DNA of 53,214 bases from Nitrospira sp. (lineage in GTDB: Bacteria > Nitrospirota > Nitrospiria > Nitrospirales > Nitrospiraceae), in the NCBI GenBank assembly GCA_005239475.1, contig SPAX01000022.1:1-53214 (forward strand), written 5' to 3'. This document shows, one piece after another, positions 1-6,674 of the stretch (positions within the stretch are counted from its first letter, which is position 1; each line of letters begins with the position of its first letter). The notes under the pieces were generated by a model, which was not told the origin of the DNA, ran no database searches, and was given only the letters and a program-made list of their open reading frames with translations. The position numbers and the translations under genes were made by a program.

Positions 1-2
1 GC

Positions 3-707
3 GATGCGTCGAATTTCTCAGCCAATGGGATTGGGGACATTCGCGCGGGCCTCAAATACAATGTGTTGCCCACCCTGCGGAGTATGGTTGTACTCGGGTT
101 TGGTGTCTATCTCCCGTCCGGCAATACACACGCTCATGACAGCGATGAGAAAGTGATGGAGTCACCCACACAACTCGGCCGGGGGCAAGTTGGATTGAAT
201 CCGACAATTTATCAGACCTATGAATTGATCCCGCATCGGCTCAATCAATTTGCGTCAGCCAGTTACCGCCACACATTCCGAAACAACGATGGCTATCGGT
301 TCGGCGATGAATACATGCTCAATGCCGGACTGAATCTGGTGGCGACTCCATGGCTGGTTCTCACCGGCCAGGTTAATTACCGCTATCTGGTGCACGACAA
401 TTTCAGTTCGTCACTATTGCGCTCTGCAACACCTGCCGACGGAGCTGGTTTCCCCGGTGACCCGATACCGATTGACGACACTATTAAGAACCGCGCGGTG
501 CCAAACACCGGATCGACCTACTACGCCTTTACGCCAGGCTTCCAAGTCGGTCTGGGACAGCTCATCGAATCAAGTTGGACGAACATGACATCGCTCTATT
601 TTTTCGCGCAGATCCCATTTGAGCGAGATTCCAACAACAGTCTGGCACAAGGAACCAGTTACATCTTTGGGCTTACACGCTCGTTCCAAGTAACGAACCC
701 ATCGTAA
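3..707 (+). CDS. Outer-membrane beta-barrel channel, 5'-truncated by the window edge. Paralog of 1934..2998. Assignment to the MetA-pathway/phenol-degradation-like 'transporter' OMP family is tentative.
   Basis: The frame is open from base 3 (..GIGDIRAGLKYNVLPTLRSMVVLGFG..), upstream of the first ATG of track ORF 63..707. It shares long blocks with the 1934..2998 product: PTIYQ.YELIPHRLNQFA.ASYRHT, RAVP.TGSTY, F.AQIP..RD, FGL.RSFQ. Confidence 0.75.
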   Translation, partial: DASNFSANGIGDIRAGLKYNVLPTLRSMVVLGFGVYLPSGNTHAHDSDEKVMESPTQLGRGQVGLNPTIYQTYELIPHRLNQFASASYRHTFRNNDGYRFGDEYMLNAGLNLVATPWLVLTGQVNYRYLVHDNFSSSLLRSATPADGAGFPGDPIPIDDTIKNRAVPNTGSTYYAFTPGFQVGLGQLIESSWTNMTSLYFFAQIPFERDSNNSLAQGTSYIFGLTRSFQVTNPS

Positions 708-736
708 GCGAAGCGGTTGAAGTAGAGGAGGCTGAC

Positions 737-1270
737 ATGCGACCAAAGAGAACCAGCGCTGTGTTTATGGGGTTTGTGCTGCTCGCGGCGTTGACTGCGC
801 TGCCGGCCTTCGATGTCTGGAGCATGGGCTCGCGAGTCCCGGCGGTCGGCATGCAGGCCGAGGATTTTCGTTTGACCGATCTAGAGGGCAAGCCTCAGAG
901 CCTCAGTCAATATCGCGGCAAGATTGTGCTGCTGAACTTCTGGGCCACCTGGTGCAAGCCCTGCACGACCGAAATGCCGGCGATGCAAACAGCGTATGAC
1001 AAACTACGCGACAAGGGCTTTGTAGTCCTCGCCGTCAACGAGTTGGAAGACGATGCAAAAGTGCGAGAACACATCAAGCAGTACGGCCATACATTCCCGG
1101 TCCTGATGGATCGCGACAACAAAGTGGCCAACCAGTTCGGCGTATTCGGATTGCCAGTGAGCGTCTTCATCGACCGAGAGGGGCGCGTGCAGGAGTACAT
1201 CAAAGGTGGCCTGCTCACCGAACAGAAGATCGATGAAACCGTCGCGCGGATTCAAAAACAGAGCCGGTAA
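737..1270 (+). CDS. Exported TlpA/ResA-family thiol-disulfide oxidoreductase (thioredoxin fold).
   Basis: N-terminal signal-like hydrophobic segment. Active-site motif LLNFWATWCKPC. GAGGAGG Shine-Dalgarno 6 nt upstream of the ATG. Confidence 0.85.
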   Translation: MRPKRTSAVFMGFVLLAALTALPAFDVWSMGSRVPAVGMQAEDFRLTDLEGKPQSLSQYRGKIVLLNFWATWCKPCTTEMPAMQTAYDKLRDKGFVVLAVNELEDDAKVREHIKQYGHTFPVLMDRDNKVANQFGVFGLPVSVFIDREGRVQEYIKGGLLTEQKIDETVARIQKQSR

Positions 1271-1337
1271 AGACAGCGGTTCCTCGATAAAGGTCTATGG
1301 TAACTACTCAGGTGTTCAGGCTGAAGTGTGAAGACTA

Positions 1338-1457
1338 TAAATGATCTCGCAAAGCACGAATCACGCCATTCAACACCTTCTCGGTTTCTACGACCTTGGG
1401 TTCAAGCAGAGATGAATCCTCGTTGCGCAAGAAGCCCAACCCGTAAAAGCCTTCAGC
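1338..1457 (-). pseudogene. C-terminal remnant of a four-helix-bundle (23S rRNA intervening-sequence type) protein gene.
   Basis: A 40-codon stop-to-stop frame on the minus strand reads AEGFYGLGFLRNEDSSLLEPKVVETEKVLNGVIRALRDHL. This resembles the conserved C-terminal helix of that family (LG[FY]L..E....L......I.KML.GLIR.L). There is no ATG and no N-terminal portion. Confidence 0.35.
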
Positions 1458-1482
1458 CTATCTACCTGAGTTGTTACGGTTT

Positions 1483-1782
1483 ATGAACTGTAGGATTCGA
1501 CAATTTGCAGTCGGAGGGTTAGCGCTCTGGCTTGTGGCGCTCAGCGGGATTGTGTATCCGCAGCTGACGGCCCATATGGCGCAACATGAGCACCACAATG
1601 CAGCGACGCACGCCACCGCACTTTGTTCATGGCTCTGTATCGCAGCCGACGCCGTCGAAGGCACAGTGGTCGATGTCGTACCAGTCCGATACTCGACTTT
1701 TCTTGAGCAAGCGTCTCCTGTTACCCAACTCCATCTCTTCCATGGTTCGCAGCCGCCTTCGCGCGCGCCTCCTCTCCTCTAG
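1483..1782 (+). CDS. Small membrane-anchored His/Cys-rich protein (hypothetical), paralog of 3012..3383.
   Basis: ATG inside track ORF 1471..1782. One hydrophobic helix (GGLALWLVALSGIV), then HMAQHEHHNAATHATALCSWLCIAAD, and a C-terminal PPSRAPP. The motif is shared with the 3012..3383 product. Confidence 0.5.
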   Translation: MNCRIRQFAVGGLALWLVALSGIVYPQLTAHMAQHEHHNAATHATALCSWLCIAADAVEGTVVDVVPVRYSTFLEQASPVTQLHLFHGSQPPSRAPPLL

Positions 1783-1933
1783 TCCACCCTTCCCTATATT
1801 TGTCCTCACCGTTGGATCGCTCTGATCGGGATTCCTTCATCTCGTTGAAGGAATTTGACGGAAGCCTCCGATGATGGGCACGTGCGGGCTACACCATTAC
1901 GACCACTGCCTCCTGCAGGAGAAAGGATATTTC

Positions 1934-2998
1934 ATGACCGTTCATGTCAGACGATTCATTTTCAGCCTCCTGGCCGTGGGGTGGTTGTTGTCCATCATCG
2001 CACCGTCTGTTGAAGCTTCCTGCGGTTCTGTGAGCTGCTTCGTCGTCATCGGCTCGCAGCAGCAGGTACCGATGGCGGGCCTGCTAACCGTGAATGCGAT
2101 TTACAGCTACACGCCGAGTGAAGCGCCTCCGGGACAAGGCGGCAGCATCCCTTTTGCCGATCAGGGAAACCAGACGCTGACGCTTGCAAGCTTGAATGCG
2201 AGTCAAATTCGAACGCTTGTTCGAACCGCGACGTTGGACATGAACTACGGGTTGACCGAGCGGTTTGGACTTCAAGTGACGCTGCCCTATAAGCAAGTGA
2301 ATTCCGATGCCCAAATTGGAGGACTCAACCCGGTGCCGTACACCGATAAGGGTCTCGGCGACATTCGTGTCGCGTTGAAATACAACGTCCTCCCGACCTT
2401 GCGGACCATGGTCGTGTTGGGACTGGGTGTCGATCTGCCGACCGGGGACTATGGGCAACGGGTGCAGGGTGGATCGCTCGCGGAATCGACACTCCAAATC
2501 GGTCGTGGAAATTTCGGCCTCGTGCCGACCATTTACCAAAGCTATGAGCTGATTCCGCACCGCCTCAATCAGTTTGCCTTGGCGAGCTACCGCCACACGT
2601 ACAAAAACAGCGACGGGTATAAATTTGGGGACGAGGTGAACCTCAGCGCGGGACTCAACATTATCCCGCTTGAGCAAACTCCGTGGTTCGTGCTGACGCA
2701 ACAAGTCAACTATCGCTGGATGCAGAACGATTCGATGGACGCGTCACTCTTCCAGTTTAACCCGACGACGGGATCTTCGATCTTGCTCGATCCGACCGTC
2801 AAATTTCGTGCAGTGCCGACCACCGGATCAACCTACATCGCCTATTCTCCCGGCATCATGCTGAACCTGTGGGACTACGCATCGTTCTACTTCATCGCGC
2901 AAATTCCCGTGATGCGGGATTTCAACGGCAACCTCGAACAGCAGCGCAGTTATGTCTTCGGACTGAGCAGATCGTTCCAGTTACTCGGTGGGTCGTAG
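1934..2998 (+). CDS. Outer-membrane beta-barrel channel (same family as 3..707).
   Basis: Internal ATG of track ORF 1871..2998, preceded by GGAGAAAGGA, gives MTVHVRRFIFSLLAVGWLLSIIAPSVEA (signal peptide). Contains the GLGDIRVALKYNV motif and alternating beta-strand-like sequence throughout. Confidence 0.8.
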   Translation: MTVHVRRFIFSLLAVGWLLSIIAPSVEASCGSVSCFVVIGSQQQVPMAGLLTVNAIYSYTPSEAPPGQGGSIPFADQGNQTLTLASLNASQIRTLVRTATLDMNYGLTERFGLQVTLPYKQVNSDAQIGGLNPVPYTDKGLGDIRVALKYNVLPTLRTMVVLGLGVDLPTGDYGQRVQGGSLAESTLQIGRGNFGLVPTIYQSYELIPHRLNQFALASYRHTYKNSDGYKFGDEVNLSAGLNIIPLEQTPWFVLTQQVNYRWMQNDSMDASLFQFNPTTGSSILLDPTVKFRAVPTTGSTYIAYSPGIMLNLWDYASFYFIAQIPVMRDFNGNLEQQRSYVFGLSRSFQLLGGS

Positions 2999-3011
2999 GG
3001 ACAAGGGATAG

Positions 3012-3383
3012 ATGATCAGCACGTTCTTGCAGATGCGGGCAGAGAATCGGCGAGGTAAATTCTCCCGTGCGATAGCGTGCGTCTGCGTGTCGCTCTGGCT
3101 GGCCGGGTCCGCCTCAATGCTGTATGGGAGCCCCACGCCACAATGGACGACACCCCATTGTCCACAATCTCATTCGAATAGCGCACAGCACACCCATGGA
3201 TCATGTGCATGGCACTGCGTCAGCATCGACACACAATCCTCTACTGGCCGGTCATGGGGGCCGTCCATCGCTCCGACTGGATTCGTATCAAGGCGTCCCG
3301 GTACCACATTATGCACCGCAATCCTTAATGGAGGGCCGCCCCCTCGTGGGCCGCCTCAGACTATTCTCTCCGGATTCGTCTAA
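3012..3383 (+). CDS. Small membrane-anchored His/Cys-rich protein (hypothetical), paralog of 1483..1782.
   Basis: Starts 14 nt after the OMP stop. Hydrophobic helix (CVCVSLWLAGSASML), then PHCPQSHSNSAQHTHGSCAWHCVSID, and a C-terminal PPPRGPP. Confidence 0.5.
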   Translation: MISTFLQMRAENRRGKFSRAIACVCVSLWLAGSASMLYGSPTPQWTTPHCPQSHSNSAQHTHGSCAWHCVSIDTQSSTGRSWGPSIAPTGFVSRRPGTTLCTAILNGGPPPRGPPQTILSGFV

Positions 3384-3448
3384 GCCATGTTACGAGGGCA
3401 GGATTCCCACGAGGAAGCCTGTAGAAACAACTCAGGAAGGATGCACAC

Positions 3449-5077
3449 ATGAAAGCGATTATGGATCAGACCACGGTCATCACAAAGGCCACAACAGCGA
3501 TGCTGGGATTGGCCCTGCTCGGCTTTGCAGGCTGCAGTTCGGGAGAATCGTCTACCGGTCAACCAACGTCCGGCGGTAGTGCAGCGTTGCAGAATCCGCT
3601 TGCGTTCATCAACAATCGGGACGACAAGACCTTGTCGGTCGTTGGACTCACCTCTTCCGGTTCTCTGGCAATTTCCACAATGGGAAATGCCAATGAATTT
3701 GAGGCTAACGTTCCTGGGGACATGCAGTTTTCAGAGGGCGAATGGGTGTTCGTGAACCTAGGCGCTGCGGGCAAGGTAGCCACAATCGACCCGCTCAGCG
3801 GGGCGACTCCCATTCATGAGGCAAACCTCCCAACCGGCGAGCGGCCCGTTCACATTTATCGCGATCCGACAGATGGAGAAGTAATCTGGTCCATGAACGA
3901 TGCCAACGCGACTACGGGCCTGGATTCGATTAACTGCGCGCTTCAGGGAGGGGGATCTGTCACGGTGCTTCATAACTCTCATCTCGGGCAAGGCGGGAAT
4001 CCGCCCACAGTCCTGGGAACAACTTGTCTTCTCGCAGCCGGTCACAAGGTTGCTGCGTTTTCTCAGCCGACGGTGACGAATCCGGCTATTCCGCGCCTGA
4101 CCTTCGTTTCAAGCACCACAGCCGGAGAAATTGCGGTGCTCGATAACGTCGAATCTTCGCCCACCTACCGAAACCTCATTGGCCGGGTGGATCTCTGTAC
4201 CAATGCGGGTGAAACAGCGCAGATGCCGCCGCAACCAACGTGCAACGTCGAAAGCGCGACCCCGCTGACCACGGCGTTCACGCCGAATAAGGCGAATCCG
4301 CATGGCATTCGATGGTCGAAGGCAACAGGAAAGATATACAGCATCCAAGAAAACTACCGGGAGATCGTCGAGATCGATCCCACGCTCGTAGTTACCGGTG
4401 TGCCGGGCCATAATCAGACGGCTATCACGAGAACGCTCAACTTAGCTGGCACTTCTTACACATCCTACGGTATTACCCCCGATGGCCGGTTTCTCTTCTT
4501 GCGGGGGACAGATACGACGACAGATGCCAATCATGTCATCGGGAAACTTGCTGTGGTTGACCTCTCTGCTGCGGTGTTGTCACTGACACCTGTGGCAAGC
4601 CTGTCGGACGTAGTGCCATCCACATTCAAATTCTCGCCGGATGGAAAACGCCTCTATATGCTTCTATCGAATACTGCCACTGGGAGTGTGACTCAGCAGG
4701 CCGTTCAGAAAAAAGATCGGCTCTTCTCATTCGACCCATCGGTGTTCCCAGCACCAATCGCGCCGCTGGCAGAGGTCATCCTTCCGGCTACCACTGCTCA
4801 TAATTTTGATGTGTTGGTGGAGGGAGCCGGAGAAGCGACGGGTCTCGTCGTATCGAATGGAACACCAGCTGTAGCCGGATCTATATCCCTCATAGACGCG
4901 GCCACTCATGCCATTCTTCCGCCATTTCCTGTCGGGAAAAATCCTGGCGCGGTTATGGTTTATTATCCCGGAGCGGCAAGTGGCCAAAACCAAGCCACAG
5001 CATCGCTCACAGGAGGATCTAAATCCAAGCCATCGGTGTTGCCTGAGAGGCTTGACGACCACGGCATGCCGGAGTAG
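3449..5077 (+). CDS. Lipoprotein with beta-propeller-like repeats (YVTN/YncE-like, tentative).
   Basis: Lipobox LLGFAGCSS. Recurrent blade-like segments: NNRDDKTLSVVGL, KVATIDPLSG, GEIAVLDNVE, KIYSIQENYREIVEIDP, GKLAVVDLS, KRLYMLLSN, SISLIDAATH. AGGAAGGA SD upstream. Confidence 0.7.
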   Translation: MKAIMDQTTVITKATTAMLGLALLGFAGCSSGESSTGQPTSGGSAALQNPLAFINNRDDKTLSVVGLTSSGSLAISTMGNANEFEANVPGDMQFSEGEWVFVNLGAAGKVATIDPLSGATPIHEANLPTGERPVHIYRDPTDGEVIWSMNDANATTGLDSINCALQGGGSVTVLHNSHLGQGGNPPTVLGTTCLLAAGHKVAAFSQPTVTNPAIPRLTFVSSTTAGEIAVLDNVESSPTYRNLIGRVDLCTNAGETAQMPPQPTCNVESATPLTTAFTPNKANPHGIRWSKATGKIYSIQENYREIVEIDPTLVVTGVPGHNQTAITRTLNLAGTSYTSYGITPDGRFLFLRGTDTTTDANHVIGKLAVVDLSAAVLSLTPVASLSDVVPSTFKFSPDGKRLYMLLSNTATGSVTQQAVQKKDRLFSFDPSVFPAPIAPLAEVILPATTAHNFDVLVEGAGEATGLVVSNGTPAVAGSISLIDAATHAILPPFPVGKNPGAVMVYYPGAASGQNQATASLTGGSKSKPSVLPERLDDHGMPE

Positions 5078-5111
5078 AAAAACGCGCGACGTATCAGTTG
5101 TGATCTGAATT

Positions 5112-5139
5112 GAAGGGGGCAGGATATCCTGCCCCCTTC
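5112..5139. terminator. Perfect 28-nt palindrome between convergent genes (candidate bidirectional terminator).
   Basis: GAAGGGGGCAGGATATCCTGCCCCCTTC is fully self-complementary. It lies between the stop of 3449..5077 (+) and the stop of 5158..5937 (-). No long T-run. Confidence 0.6.
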
Positions 5140-5157
5140 TGACTTCCTAAGCCACCT

Positions 5158-5937
5158 TCACCGGTTTCGCTCCAGCAGCGGCTCAAGCGTTGGGAAGACC
5201 CTCTCAACAATCAGGCGATAGCCCTCTCCCGTCGGATGAATGCCGTCGGCCTGATTGAGCGAGGACGAGCCTGCCACTCCATCGAGAAAAAACGGAATCA
5301 GCGTCAGGTGGTACTGCTTCGCCAAGGCATGGTAGAGCGCCTCGAACCCGTCGGTATAGTCCTGCCCATAATTCGGGGGGAGCTTCATCCCGGCTAACAC
5401 GACGGTGACTGAAGCCTGCTGGAGCTGTTGAATGATCCGTTCGAGGTTGGCTTTCGTCTCTTGCAGGCTGAGGCCGCGGAGCCCATCGTTGCCGCCGAGT
5501 TCTAGAATGACGATCGCCGGCTTGTGGTTTAGGGCCCAGGAGACCCGCCGGACTCCTCCGGCTGTTGTATCGCCGCTGACTCCCGCATTCACGACCCGAT
5601 AGGCATAGCCCGCTGCGTCGAGTGTCCGCTGCAGGTGAGCGGGATACGATTGATCCGGCGCCACGCCTAAGCCGGCCGTCAGGCTGTTGCCAAAGGCGAC
5701 GATGCGGGGACGATCGATGGAGACCTGAGTCTTCGGCTGGCCCGGTTGCGCCTTGACATCTGTTTCCAGACGTGGTCCCACGCCATTGCGAGAAGAGATC
5801 GGAGACGGAGGGGGAGAGGCGGACGCACTGCCGAGGTCATACCCACAGGGGAGGATCAGGGAAAGGCAGAGGCAGGAAAATAGTTTTGTGAGAATCCATG
5901 AGCGGCGCATGTTCATCCAGTATAATATAGCCTTCAC
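5158..5937 (-). CDS. tesA: SGNH/GDSL hydrolase, TesA-like (acyl-CoA thioesterase I / lysophospholipase L1 family). Start uncertain.
   Basis: SGNH blocks FGNSLTAG, GVSGDTT, LELGGNDGLRG and DGIHPTGEGY. Divergent from a ybbA/ybbP-type ABC pair, as in E. coli. Confidence 0.85.
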   Translation of the reverse strand: MKAILYWMNMRRSWILTKLFSCLCLSLILPCGYDLGSASASPPPSPISSRNGVGPRLETDVKAQPGQPKTQVSIDRPRIVAFGNSLTAGLGVAPDQSYPAHLQRTLDAAGYAYRVVNAGVSGDTTAGGVRRVSWALNHKPAIVILELGGNDGLRGLSLQETKANLERIIQQLQQASVTVVLAGMKLPPNYGQDYTDGFEALYHALAKQYHLTLIPFFLDGVAGSSSLNQADGIHPTGEGYRLIVERVFPTLEPLLERNR

Positions 5938-5969
5938 GTGGACGATACTGTGGGAGTCTGACCGACGAC

Positions 5970-6674
5970 ATGATTACCATCTCTCATCTGACCATGCGCT
6001 TAGCCGGTGGTGGCCATGAGGTCACGATCCTTGATGATATCACACTCGAGATTCCTGATAAGCAGCGCGTGGCCATCGTCGGTCCATCCGGGAGCGGTAA
6101 GTCCACCCTGCTGGGCCTCATCGCGGGACTGGATCGCCCGACGTCCGGCTCCATCGCGTTGAACGGCGTGGAAATCTCTACGATGCGCGAGAATGCCCTG
6201 GCGAGGTATCGTCGCGATCACATCGGCTATATTTTCCAATCTTTCCATCTCATTCCCACTCTCACCGCCCTGGAGAACGTTCTGGTGCCGTTGGAGTTAG
6301 CAGGAATGAGCACGGCGCAGGATCGCGCGACGGAACTGTTACAGACCGTCGGCCTGGAAGAGCGACTGCATCATTATCCCGTCCAACTGTCGGGAGGCGA
6401 GCAACAGCGTGTGGCGGTGGCCAGAGCGTTTGCTTGTCACCCACCGATTCTGTTGGCCGACGAGCCAACCGGCAACCTGGATTCGGCCACGGGACAGCAC
6501 GTGATGAATCTGCTCCTGGCTCTCCATCGCGATTACGGCACCACCTTAGTCCTCGTCACGCATGATCGAGCCATCGCGTCTTCGATGGAGCGCGTGATTG
6601 CGTTGCGCGACGGACGCATCGAATCCGACCGCCTCACTGACCCAGACAATCGGCTCGCAGAGTCATCCCAGTGA
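5970..6674 (+). CDS. ybbA: ABC transporter ATP-binding protein (YbbA/LolD-like).
   Basis: Walker A GPSGSGKST, signature LSGGEQQRV, Walker B ILLADEPT. Confidence 0.85.
   Translation: MITISHLTMRLAGGGHEVTILDDITLEIPDKQRVAIVGPSGSGKSTLLGLIAGLDRPTSGSIALNGVEISTMRENALARYRRDHIGYIFQSFHLIPTLTALENVLVPLELAGMSTAQDRATELLQTVGLEERLHHYPVQLSGGEQQRVAVARAFACHPPILLADEPTGNLDSATGQHVMNLLLALHRDYGTTLVLVTHDRAIASSMERVIALRDGRIESDRLTDPDNRLAESSQ

Noticed and set aside
3124-3579. 151-aa ORF overlapping small protein 2 and the start of the lipoprotein gene.
   Set aside because: It is in a different frame from the paralog-supported ORF 3012..3383. It also runs through the lipoprotein SD and signal peptide, and has no motif.
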